From Balanoglossus misakiensis (taxonomy: Eukaryota; Animalia; Hemichordata), in NCBI GenBank assembly GCA_040954595.2, contig CM082579.2, positions 9,537,625-9,601,624 of the forward strand: a DNA stretch of 64,000 nucleotides, read 5' to 3'. The position numbers and the translations under genes were made by a program. The notes beneath the pieces are model-generated. The model had not been told where the DNA came from, made no database searches, and saw nothing but the letters and a program-made list of their open reading frames with translations. The stretch's first letter is position 1. Every line of letters starts with the position of its first letter. Of this stretch, positions 1 through 12,678 are shown in pieces.

Positions 1-493
1 CGGTACACGCCCGCGCCCGTTGGGGACTGCTCCGATCCCGGCCATAACCGTGCGACGGAGTCAGTGTCGGCGTTTTCAGCAACGCGTCATTCTCTTCCTT
101 CTCGTTCGAAGGTCGAAACTGGTGGGCCATCGTCTCGGCGTCTATCCTGCTCCCACGATCTTCGTCCAAGTCTCCCGATCGACTTTCCGCCTCCTCCTCC
201 CCTCCCCTCTTCGGTGCCCCCTTCTTGCGTTTCCGCTTCTCGATGCTCGCCTCCGCCTCCTCGTCGCCGACGGCAATGAAGTCGATCTCGCAAAAATCGG
301 CGATGCCGACCAGGGCGGCGGGCAAGAAGATGAATATGATGGCCAATATGAACGACACGTACCATCCCTGTTTGTAGTAGCGGATGCACGTCAGCACGTC
401 GAAGATAACGTCGGACATGACCAGCATCGCCGATCCGTAATACCACAGCACGTCGATGAAGAGCCACGCGCTGTAAGGTACACACGCCGCCAT
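1..493 (-). CDS. XK-related (XKR) scramblase-family protein, N-terminal part (runs off the window)
   Basis: Manual translation from the ATG at 493 gives MAACVPYSAWLFIDVLWYYGSAMLVMSDVIFDVLTCIRYYKQGWYVSFILAIIFIFLPAALVG followed by an acidic/basic loop. The D..D.....YY..G....F.L...F..LP pattern is typical of XK-family TM1-TM2. The frame is GC-rich and open to position 1, so it is missing from the ORF track. Confidence 0.75.
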   Translation of the reverse strand, partial: MAACVPYSAWLFIDVLWYYGSAMLVMSDVIFDVLTCIRYYKQGWYVSFILAIIFIFLPAALVGIADFCEIDFIAVGDEEAEASIEKRKRKKGAPKRGGEEEAESRSGDLDEDRGSRIDAETMAHQFRPSNEKEENDALLKTPTLTPSHGYGRDRSSPQRARACT

Positions 494-3400
494 GTTGTTT
501 TTGAGGCGACGACACAGGTGTCAGAACAAGACGCACTGTGATGAATCACATTTTCTGTTAAATTTTCACTAAAATCGGCCGTCGGACCCATCAATGGTGG
601 CCGTATATATACGTCGACGATTAGGTCTTTTCTCTGAAAACAAAACAGGGTAGAGGGCATATTATAATTATGCGGTAGTCATGGGCACGAAAGCATGTTG
701 TCTTACAAAAGTTTTTACAAAGAGATTTTCATAATTATCGATGGTACACACAAAACGCACCACAACTGTTCCTGACCCGCGGTTACTGGGGTGAGTTTAT
801 TTGTACCCCGACTGTTTGATAGTGGTCGCAAACAGTCCGTGTTATGTGCGCTTGGGTCATAGCTCCCTTATAGCCTATCAGATGAACTATTTCATTTACC
901 ATGATAGGGGATGACACCAGTAGCCTATTATACAAATATGACAGACTAACGGTATTTTTGTGCCGTTACCCAGTACATAATTAATTATAAGCGCTAAATC
1001 ACACTGCCCGCAGAAGAATTCTGAACAACGCAGAGGTCACTGACCCGCTCATTCCGATTAAACTACATTTGTCACGACTCAATAAATCATAAGCATTTAT
1101 AATGTAACCATATTAATAACTAAGCCGCCTGTCCGATTCACACAGAAACCAATTCAATAAGCGAATACACTGAAATGTAATACTAGTAGGCCTATACCGT
1201 AAACAATTCAAACGAAGCTGAGCCATTTTAATATTGGTTGACATAACGATATAATTTTCGCAACTAGTTCAATCCGTTTACAATCAGATGTAGGCCCTAT
1301 AACTCGCCTGACATTTGTCGGTTCTTTGCGCGCTGGTCTGTACTCGGATAGAGAGCGAACATCGAGAACAGAACTGAACAGCAGAGAAGCAGCAGATTGT
1401 ATTGATTGGCCCAACTCTATATCGGATTGTAATCATCAGAGGGCCCCTATATTTGCCCAATTTCCAGCAAAAAATGGTTCACGTATCCGCCTAGCGAGGG
1501 AGTACATAGGCTGGCTGGCCAATAAACGTAGTAATGATGGTAATGTTAACGACAGTATGACATGACTGAAAGTTTGGAGGTTGGTATACTTGACACCCCC
1601 CCCCCCCACTTATTCGAAGATGGCAAAAGTGATTATACAATTATAGTCGTCTCTCCACAATATAGCTGCGAGGAACTGTGTGCCCTTTGAACAATTCTAA
1701 CAGTGATGGAGATGTGAGAAACACAGAGATGCCAGGTCCAGGTTACTATAGAGGGCGTTTGTATGGACGAGTTACCACTTTATTGTTTGACAAGTACACA
1801 GCTTCCCTTTCCTGTGACCTTGTGTGTTGACCTTTTTATAGACTTTGCGATGTGTAATATCACATTCCCCTAATCATTAATTTCCTTCTGTTTCGAGAAT
1901 TATCATGGACTCTATATTTAGCGCAATTATGAGCCATAGACTCTCACTGTTATTTTCACCACCCAAAATGTAAATCAAATGCGCTAATCTCCTTCCTGTC
2001 CAAAACAAGGCAAGGTTTCATTACGATATACCTGAGACGAATATACCTTATTATTCACGAAATAACGATATTAAACGTAGACGTGCGATATTTTTAGAGT
2101 CACGCATTTCTTCAACAATGTCCCCGCCATTCCCGACGGCGGGGAATCCCAGTACCAGTCGGCGTCAACGGCTGAGAGATGCCGGCCCGACAGTCGGTAA
2201 AACACGCCGCGGCGTCGTTCAAGTGAGGGTACAAAGTCCACCTCGTATAATGCCCCAATGCGAGATGACAGTTCTGTTGTGAGTGCTGCCTGAATCGCCC
2301 CCATAGTGTCTTCACTGATAAATTAATACATTATAAAAGGGCATGACGTGTCCTCACAAACATCACTGATAAAAACACAATGATGTTTATTAATCGTAGT
2401 ACGTAGCCATATTCGACTCGGGCATACGTTCAAGGGTGGGCAAACAGTATGTGGTCCATATTTGATTATTATTGACAGTTTCCTGAACAGAGTTGCTGAC
2501 ACACTTAATACGAAACAAACTCAGGTCGTAAAAATCAAATTTAAAGAATACATCATGGCAATCACGCACCCTATTTCATGATTATAGTAGGTACTAATGT
2601 AATTCACGTAGTAGAAGAAAATAACTGATGAGTCTGCGAAACCGGTCTAACCTTGGCCTTTTATATACTAGTAAACATAAATTTATATATACATGCAGGA
2701 GTGGCCTCTAGTGCCTAATATACGACAAGCAACCACTTTGGAGCCAGCTGTGACCATCTTTAAAAAAAGCCATCGACATAATCTATTTCCAGACAATTAA
2801 CATCGGTCCTAAAACTGCACGCGATATAATATAATAAAACGTATACAACATGCCAAGAAACAATTTTGAATTATCGAGATGACACGATTTCTCACTTACG
2901 AGAACAAATATCCTGGATCTAGGCCTACAGACGTGCTCGCACTTTGACATGTAGGCCTAATGAAGGCGTGATGCGAATGTTGTCTGACGAACAGTGCGAC
3001 TCATCTCCGTCATGTTTCATTTATGGGGTCGACGAAAATCGTTTTAATCACTTAAAGTCGCGTGTAGCATAAAATGAGGCCAACCAAATCGTAGTGATGG
3101 TTACAGAGTATTGCTAATATTAGAGCTGTAATATTATATGTCTTGCTGTTATAACAGACTCTTGCCTACATTGTTTTGTTGTCCAGCTTATTATGGTACA
3201 AGCACTCCCTATTTATTCGATTACATAACAGAGCTCTTTCATGCAAAGTGCATTGTGATACCAATACGTACCGGGTAACCACTTTCAGACTCTCAAAGAA
3301 TCAGGCGAGGCAATTTGGCTGGCCACTACTTACCATTACATCTAGGCCTGGGTTCTTAGAAATTCCCACAAGACAACCATTGACCAAGTCAAGATTTTGC

Positions 3401-4927
3401 TCACAGTGTGCAAATGCTCTGACAGGCTTTAGCGGGTTTTTTATTCCCCAAAGCTTACGTAACACATTTATATCTGGATGTGGAAAAGTGAAGCTATCTC
3501 TGCAGCCCACCTAGGGCCTACATGCCCCGACTATTGTACCTCCATGCCCCGACATAGCCCCACATATAAACACGTATTTTCACAATAGTAATATAATGAT
3601 GTTAACAAACAAAGGGGAACATGGAAATGGAATTAGCTGGCAACCGCAAAATCATGTTAATATATGCCGTGGCGGCATTCTCATGCATTGTCATTGTCAG
3701 CACGTACATGTATTGCACTGTGAGTCATCAGATAGGTCTTGCGAGGTCTGGAAATCGAGACTACAGCATCGCCACACATACAATGGTACACATAGCCTAC
3801 TGATTGTACACTGTTTCATAAGTCGACGATACATCATATAGACATACATAAATAATCAAATTGATCATACCTTGCTGGAATTGTGAAACAGTCCTACAAC
3901 GCCAGGTTTTCTGTACACGCATGTTACATAATAGTTACTTCTTGCCTGCCCCAAGCAGACTCGTACCGGCAGCTGGCGTGCTTGCCAAAACAACTCTCAC
4001 GACCTTTGACGCATGAACTCTTCTGGGTTACGGCACGTGGTTACGGTGAGTCACATGATACATATGAGTCATGACGTGCCAAGATGTACCTGTGATGAGT
4101 GACCACAGGTTCAACCAACCGTGCCTGTGCGCGAGTCTACATACATGTAGATACGTACACCACTTGTAAAGTAGGCTATGAAGCGTGCTGTAACCCAGTA
4201 TGTTGATGACAGCTTCCCTTATGCAGTTTATATGGTGTGCCATCTGTCTCACACACTGACATGCCAGTCGGGCCGTCATCGCCAGCTGCGCAAACGAAAC
4301 CGCTTTTTGATGTTGCGCCCTCAACGGGGGAAGGGACAAACGTCAAACTGCTGACTTTGCCAATTATAATTACAGGCAGGAGCCTACTAACGAAAAGTAT
4401 ATTTTATCTCCAATAGTATTGTTAATGTAGAGTGTTGTCCTTTCTTCAACGGCTAATGTATGATATGTGCAGCGAAGACGTGGCAAGTCAAATTTAAATT
4501 ATGAAATTTTAATACATGACGAACTCATAATTCGCCACTTTCTTTCCTACTCTGTGTAATTCTCTCCCTCTATTTTTTCTCTTGTGCTGTCATTTTTACT
4601 TTCTTATATTTCCCTTGCACCAGAGAATATGTCCATACTGTGAAAAGCAAGGTATAGCTATTGTTGAGGACGAGTGTCATTTTTTGCTATTTTGTCCATT
4701 GTATAAGGAGGATAGGTCAGAGCTTATACCTCTAAAATACCTTATTAACCCTACATGAGAAAAATGTTTTGCTTTGTAACTTTTAAAACACAGCAACTTC
4801 AATATACACTTGCATAAGTTCATAAAAGTGATATGCTGGCTTGTAGCTTAATTTTCATGTAGTATTTCTCTCTGTAAACATGTTTTCTTTATGTGATGGG
4901 CTGAGGCTCTGACATTTGAAATAAACA

Positions 4928-4963
<36 letters not shown>
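4928..4963. repeat. (TTG)n microsatellite
   Basis: Directly visible run of about 12 TTG units. Confidence 0.95.
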
Positions 4964-4965
<2 letters not shown>

Positions 4966-6504
4966 TATTGCAAGTGTTACGTTAGTAACCGACATAATCG
5001 GGGGTCGGGGTAGCTCTGAGTGACCGAGGCTGTATGTAATTAACGGCAGCGCCTCCACCGACAAGCGCATGGCAGCCGTTGTAAAAACGCCACCTCGGTC
5101 AAAATATTGACTCATGCGCACATTATCCACTGGAAGTTACACTAAAAAAAAAACTAACGTAATCCAGTGGAGATTCACAGTGATGCGACATGTGAGCCAC
5201 TTATGGCATACTTGTCGAACTTCAAAGAGAGAAAGATACTGCCATTAATTCAACAGTTTTTAACTTCATTCACGTGCAGTAAAACTGTTGTGGCCTTCAA
5301 TTCAAGTTAGCAACAAACATTATTCCATATTGCCATATTGTGGAAAATCTAAATATATCCAATTCATATTCCATTATAAAAGACCCCAAATAGATCCAGA
5401 TACCCACTGATATCAAAATGGTTACATTTTAACGATAGAGAATATGTGAATTTGCTGTAAACAAAAATTATTTGCAATTATATGAAAACGTATCTGAATG
5501 ATTTAGAGAAACGGGTTCAGTTGTTTTTAAGGGACTTTCCTTAATTAAAGAAAAGTAGGAAACTTAGCGGATATGCATTCAACTGCGGGACATATTTATT
5601 TATTTTTTGCTATGTTTGTGTTTTGTTTAATTTTAAGTCGACATAAAATGCAATCACATAGATTCATGAGAGTATTAGTTATGCACGAAGCAACGTGTCG
5701 TAGTCAAGTATCAATTGCAACTGAAGGGCAACGATCGTCTTAGGCGCATGTGCCACACCAGAGACTCAGGTTACAAAAGTTGTATAGAGTCAATGCCATA
5801 AGGCAATTTGCTGCCAGGCCCAACAACAGACAAGGTGGCGGAGGACCATAGTCTGTGTCGGAGATCATAAAAAGACAGAAAATTCGGTGAAAACAAGGGA
5901 CACAACTAAGGTCTACCTGTTCTAATTTAAGCAGCAGCTATGTGATATAAATCAAGCCAAAGCAGGCAGCCTACTGGTGCTCGTAAAATCTAGTAATTGT
6001 GTTTTATTTTAGCAGTCATTTCTATGCTAATATAAAATAATAATAACAACACCACAGTTCCCTTTTTAAGCTGACCAACTTATAATGCTGGTCAGTTCTT
6101 GTTTGCAAAGCCAACAGGTATCTGTGCTTCGGTTATTTGTAGTTTGAAGCTGTTGTTTCAATCTTCTAAAGCTGCAGTAATTGAAGAGGTGAGCATGAAT
6201 TGTTGTCTATTTTCTGGTATTTGATAAACTTGTGTGCAAGTCTTACAAAACGGGTGATGATTTAGAGGAAGAAAGTGGGTTTTGTTTTTTTGTTTTGTTT
6301 TGGGCGACACTTTCTTATCACGGAAGCATTCATTGCGGTCTACAACACATTTGGCTTTTATTTTTGCCTTTAATGGGAAAATCATACAACGTGCTACCTT
6401 CTTACTGTGCTTGTCGATAAAACATCTGTGGTTTAGTACGTTCCATCTTTGCAGCAGCTCAATCCGGTTTCATTGAAATTCTTTACTCTACAGGTTAACT
6501 CACC

Positions 6505-9246
6505 ATGAGATTTTTGTTTGCGGTATGCGCTCTGCTGGTCACCGTAGCTTGCGGTGTCGACGTCGAAAATCCATTTAATTCCCATCCATGGATATGTTCG
6601 TCCGTTGAAGTTAGGGGATATGACGCCACCATATACGACCTAGTTGTTACAAATGGTGTTCAGTGTTTGGACGAAATCATGGCGTTACCGGACACAATAG
6701 AAAACGAGACTCCAACTCACACTATCAGTAGCCTGAAGGTTATTGGTGGTTACATCGGACCAACCAATTCATTCAGAGTGGTAGACATCGTCAGTGACAA
6801 GTTGGATATGATCACAAACCTGGTAAGATATATAACAGCCCCAATAGGTGCCATTTACACATATTTTAATCGACGACATATTTGAATCTTCTAAGTTTAA
6901 TACAGACGACAATGTATATTGAATGTTTTGAGATTCTAAAACCCGTGTTCAAATTCAGCGAGAGTTGCAACAGGCACCTGAACACACGGGTGTGGCACTA
7001 TTTTATTATTTAACTTGTCAATATTTTACAGCCACAATCTGAGGTTGATAGTATGTTTTTTATCAGTATGCCCATTTCAGTAACCATGCATTCTAAATTT
7101 GAAGATAAAATCTTGAAAATAATGTACAAAAATGGCATCTATTGGAACTCAAATAGCGGTACATGTATTTAAATAATTTCTCAGATTATCACGAACAAGT
7201 CTGAGTTCGACAAAGACGAGTAGTTCTCTCAGTTAACCTGGCACAAACCCCGAAAATCAAAGTTTTGAAAGTGTTTTTTAATCAATGTTTTTTTTTACAA
7301 ATTTTCGCTTTGAAAATTGACAATTGGGGGTCGCCATGCAACATTTTGAATGAGACAGCAAACTATATTGAAATTCGAAGTTAAAATGACCGCCATATGG
7401 AGAACTTTTAAAGATGATATTTCTTTTTTGTTTCCGACTTTGATTTTCGAGGTGAATTCTACATTAAGATATGCTAAATGTGTTATCTGTGGTTGGCTGT
7501 GGCGTGCGCACAAAGTCCAGTGCATGCTTGTGATAGACCATTGACCACCAGTATACATTTGACTACTAGATAACATCACCAGTTAACATTTGTTGCATGC
7601 GAAATCACTTTGCTCAAAACTTGCATGGGTTTGTTAGTTGGTTGTTTGGATACGTCGGTGCGTCGGAGTATGGGCGAATGGGTTTCGGGCGAGCCGTTAA
7701 ATGGGTTATTGGGGCGGTTGGAGCTTGTATGCTTTAGCGGGAAGGATGCATGGATGATATGTTTTAGCTTCCACCAAATCAGTCACAATGGGTTATTGGG
7801 GCGGTTGGAGCTTGTATGCTTTAGCGGGAAGGATGCATGGATGATATGTTTTAGCTTCCACCAAATCAGTCACAATGGGTTATTGGGGCGGTTGGAGCTT
7901 GTATGCTTTAGCGGGAAGGATGCATGGATGATATGTTTTAGCTTCCACCAAATCAGTCGACATAAACTCTATAATATCATAGAACAGTTATGCTATATAC
8001 ATGATTGCCTTCCGTGGCAGACACAACCTTGCAGGAACTAACTGGCATGATCAGGAAAAAATGTAAATAATGCATTTTTCCTTCTTTTCAATGTTTTGTC
8101 TCTCTTCAAACTTGTTAGCAAACTGCATTATTGTCATGGATGAACATCCTTGAAAATAATTTAATACATTTTGTGACGTTTTTTGCACATATTTGCATTT
8201 TACAGGGTTCAATAATATCCGAGGATGAAGAAGTAGTTATAGAGTGTTTAACTTGTACGTCGGACTTCTATGCTGGCCATATAGTCGTTCAAGCGTGCGA
8301 TGAGCTAGATGTAAGTTTTTCATTAAAACCACTATGTTGCATATGCAAATTAGTTTCTACCGGATTTATGTGTAAAGGGACAAAGTCGCTATGGGCTTAA
8401 TTTTTTATTGCGCTCTTGATGTTGTTCTACTCACTTGAACATATTCCCAGTCCTGTTGTCGTGGCTCAATTTATACAATTATATGAAATTGATATTTACT
8501 CAATACATTTATCATTCAACTTTTATTAATTACCAAAATGCGAATATTGACTGTACTGTCGTTCAATGGCTTCCTTCACGATCAGTCAACTCTCGCATAT
8601 ACGGCTTCAAAGCGACACACAGGATTAACACCTGTTCAACTGGACGATATTTTACCGCAAACGGACAGTAAATACCAAAATCGCAAACAACTGCGTGGTT
8701 TCCTCAAAATTATCTGAGTTCGAAGTAGGTATATACAGGGAGACATTTTAGTTCTCTGCATGCAACGTACGACATGGACCATCCCTCGTGCAGGCTAAAG
8801 ATCATGATTTTGCCCTCGCTAACATATGTTATTATTTAAATAAGACTTAGTGCATTTTCATCTCTTAAGATGGCATATATACAACACCTGAGAATAGATA
8901 TGTTAACAAACTCAATTTGTAACAGACACTGCACTGGGGAAAATGTTTTGATTTGATTAAATTTTGATTTACGAAGGTAAGATGTTGTTTGTCAACAACA
9001 TCTCAATTTGGAATTGTCAAATCTGTGGGCGTTTTCATATTGCCAAGGCAGGATTCTTAATTTGTTTTTCTTTATCATTAATTACTTTAGACATGTCCCG
9101 AGAAGCTTGCTAAGGCAATATACTGGGATCCACCAGGACACATTACATTTGCTACAGATATTCAGATGTGTTCCTACAGACGCCATGAAGATACTCACAC
9201 CTATTACTGCAAGTACTATCAACCTGAACACGAGTTGGAGGTGTAG
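6505..9246 (+). CDS. Uncharacterised secreted Cys-rich protein, copy 1 (about 192 aa; exons 6505-6822, 8206-8310, 9091-9246)
   Basis: Signal peptide [17 protein letters not shown]. All GT-AG junctions are phase 0 and keep the frame (..ITNL|GSIISEDEE..DELD|TCPEKLAK..HELEV*). Exon lengths are identical in the paralog. Confidence 0.8.
7700..7958. repeat. 87-bp tandem repeat, 3 copies (intronic)
   Basis: The unit AATGGGTTATTGGGGCGG...CCAAATCAGTC starts at 7700, 7787 and 7874. Confidence 0.95.
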
Positions 9247-12200
9247 AGCGCAGCCAATATGCAAGCTTATAGCAATGGATATGAGGCCTATGTATGACAG
9301 CAATTAAGCCTCACAAGGGGCAATGTGTTACGCAGGTCAATAAAACATGATCACATGAAAAACAATTCACCATTGGTCTGTGTTTTGATTCCACAAGTGT
9401 ATAGTCAAATGCTTTGTAGGCTTCCTGACTGGACACAAGTAAATAAGCTAACTGACACCACACGACGCTGAACTCACTTCTTTTTTACTACTCCGGTGAT
9501 TTCTTGCGTGTTCTATTCCTGAGATGGATTTCCCAGAACTATCGTAGCTTGTCTTTTTGCAACAGAATATTGCCAGTGGTGGGTTTTTCTGAATCCATAC
9601 ATTTTCAGACCAGCCACTTCTTCATATGAAATATTGCATGACAACTGGCTAAATTTCTTCCTCCGATTGGCGTTTTACGTCTCTCCACATCAAAAATTCA
9701 CAATCACATAAAACGCCATGATGCATTTTGTGGCTGACTGATATTTCATTAGCAATTAAAGCAATTAAAGGCTTCAAAATGAATTGATTCATAATCGTAA
9801 GAGATAAGCTTTAAGATATCGTCTTTAAATATGCTTTGAGTAAAATCAAATAACGCAAATTTGGTGTACAGGAAGTAATTAAAAAAATTATGTTTCATTT
9901 CTGGATTCCTTGCCCCTGCACGTATATTTCTGCCTTACAATTCAATAGATGTATTCAACGAGTAATTTGTAATTAAAAAAAATCGTCCCCTTCGGCTATA
10001 CTTTAAATAGCTCAAATTTGACAGTTCATGGAATGTACACGTCATGGATTATAATTTTGATACGATTTTACAATAGTCGTTCATTTTCCATGCAAAATGT
10101 GCCTACTCGCCAAATACACTGCACATTTCTCTATTCGAAAAATAATGCACACATTATCCTGCAGTTGTATAGGATTGCCCAGATCACATCGAATCAAGTA
10201 CCACAATGCAATTTGGCCACATTTGCACATATTCGTCATGTCATGTTTATCATTTGGTGCTTCGTACGGACTGGGAAATATCATTTGTATTGACATTTAT
10301 ACATGACGTTACATTGACGTTACCAGTCACCTATTCGGTAGATATTACATGGTGGAGAATCTCCGGGGAGATCGGAACGTTGTCACTGGCATGGCCTGAG
10401 CCCCGAGTGCCGGGGCTGTATGTAATGACGGCGCGCCAAACCACAAGCGCAGTCGATATATTAACGCCACCTCGTTCAAAATGTTGACTCATACGCACAT
10501 TATCCACTGGAAGTTACACTAAAAAGACAGTGATGCGACATGTGAGCAACTTATGGCATACTTGACGAACCTCAAAGAGAGAAAGATACTGCCATTAATT
10601 CAACAGTTTTTTGCTTATTTTTCCTGAACAACAAATTGCTCTTTTTTAACTTCATTCACGTGCAGAAAAACTGTTGTGGCCTTCAATTCAAGTTAGCAAC
10701 AAACATTATTCCATATTGCCATATTGTGGAAAATCTAAATATATCCAATTCATATTCCATTATAAAAGACCCCAAATAGATCCAGATACCCACTGATATC
10801 AAAATGGTTACATTTTAACGATAGAGAATATGTGAATTTGCTGTAAACAAAAATTATTTGCAATTATATGAAAACGTATCTGAAAATTTTGGAGAAACGG
10901 GTTCAGTTGTTTTAAGGGGCTTACCTTAATTAAAGAAAAGTAAGAAACTTAGCGGATATGCATTCAACTGCGGGGCAAATTGTTTATTTTTATATTAACG
11001 GGATAATTAACGGGAATGTTAGTTATGCACGAAGCAACGTGTCGTAGTCAAATATCAATTGCAACGATCGTCTTATAGGCGCATGTGCCAAACCAGAGAC
11101 ATAAATCGAGCCAAAGAAGGCAACCTACTGGTACTCGTAAAATCTAATATTAGTTATGTTTTATTGAACAGTCATTTATATGTTAATATAAAATAATTAA
11201 CAATTCCCAAACATATATTGGTAAGTTATTGTTTGCAAAGCCAACAGGTATCTGTGCTCCGGTTATTTGTAGTTTGAAGCTGTTGTTTCACTCTTCTAAA
11301 GCCAAAAAAACTGTTTGGCTTTCCTTAATCAAAGAAAAGTAGGAAACTTAGCGGATATGTTCTGGTTTATATTTTATGCAGTACTTTCCCCATTGTAGAC
11401 AGGTAACTTTTATAAACATGTCAAATCATGCATATACATGTATAATTTGCACAGGGAGAGTAACTGTTGAAAATGTGGTCTCTGGACGCTATATATAGGT
11501 ATATAGCCTGTAACACATTTGACTGTATATGTCAGATGTCTACATCATATCCGAATGCAAAATTGAAACAACAGCAAACTTGCACAATATACCATCAATC
11601 ATGATCACCTGGTGCGGTGTTAATAAACAAACATAAAATATCAGGATGACAGAGAAGAGAAACAGACCATGCCAGCATCTCTCTGCCATTAAAGTACACA
11701 TTGTCTGATCACTTGTCCTGAAATATTAAGCACTCAAAGTATTAAATGTGTAAGAAAAAACACACGTACAGTCAACAGAAAATTACATTATACCATGCTA
11801 CCGTCCGCCATTCTGATTGGACGAGAGCTCAATCCAGCGATGGTAAATGCTGTTTTACCACGACTGGAAGTGGTAAAACGGGCCCCTGAACCAGAATGCG
11901 ACAGGGAAATTTGCGGTTAAACCACAGTCGAGTGGGGTTAAACTAAATAAATAAAATAAAATCTACGGATGTTTTATTTTGGAACTGCTCTGTGGGCATA
12001 TTTGCAAAACAAAATGCATTCAACCGCGGGGCAAATTGTTAATTTTTATATCAACATAAAATGCAATCATATAATTTTATGTGTGTGAGAATATTAATTA
12101 TGCGACAGTTAAATGGCGACGATAGTCTTAGGCGCATGTGCCAAACCAGAGACATACATCAAGCCAAAGAAGGCAGCCTACTGGTGCTCGTAAAATCTAG

Positions 12201-12678
12201 TAATTGTGTTTTATTTTAGCAGTCATTTCTATGCTAATATAAACTAATAATAACAACACCACAGTTCCCTTTTTAAGCTAACCAACTATATAATGCTGGT
12301 CAGTTCTTGTTTGCAAAGCCAACAGGTATCTGTGCTTCGGTTATTTGTAGTTTGAAGCTGTTGTTTCACTCTTCTAAAGCTGAAGTAATTGAAGAGGTGA
12401 GCATGAATTGTTGTCTATTTTCTGGTATTTGATAAACTTTTGTGCAAGTCTTACAAATTTAGAGGAAGAAAGTGGGTTTTGTTTTGTTTTGTTTTGTTTT
12501 GTTTTGGGCGATACTTTCTTATCACGAAAGCATTCTACAACACATTTGGCTTTTGTTTTTGCCTTTAATGGGAACATCATACAAAGTGCTACCTTTGTAC
12601 TGTGCTAATCGAGTACGTTCCATATGTCCAGCTCAATTCGGTTTCATTGAAATTCTTTACTCTACAGGTTAACTCACC

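Larger units (their letters stand above)
5018..9728 (+). repeat. Tandem segmental duplication, unit A (partner about 10405-15217)
   Basis: Long collinear near-identical blocks, e.g. 5100-5590 vs 10475-10975, 5950-6845 vs 12165-13020, 8110-8535 vs 13668-14075 and 8850-9728 vs 14300-15217. Confidence 0.9.

Noticed and set aside
20-660. ORFs 20..541 (+), 64..279 (+), 87..536 (-) and 391..660 (-)
   Set aside because: Shadow frames of the GC-rich XKR-like exon; the real frame (minus strand, from 493) has no stop in the window.
2071-4339. Short ORFs upstream of the XKR-like gene (e.g. 2071..2304, 3176..3514, 4028..4339)
   Set aside because: No recognisable domains or consistent exon chain; lengths are compatible with chance.
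7610-8041. 143-aa ORF with three 29-aa repeats; also considered as CRISPR-like
   Set aside because: Perfect 87-bp tandem repeat with no unique spacers, intronic, absent from the paralog, in a eukaryotic context with no cas genes.
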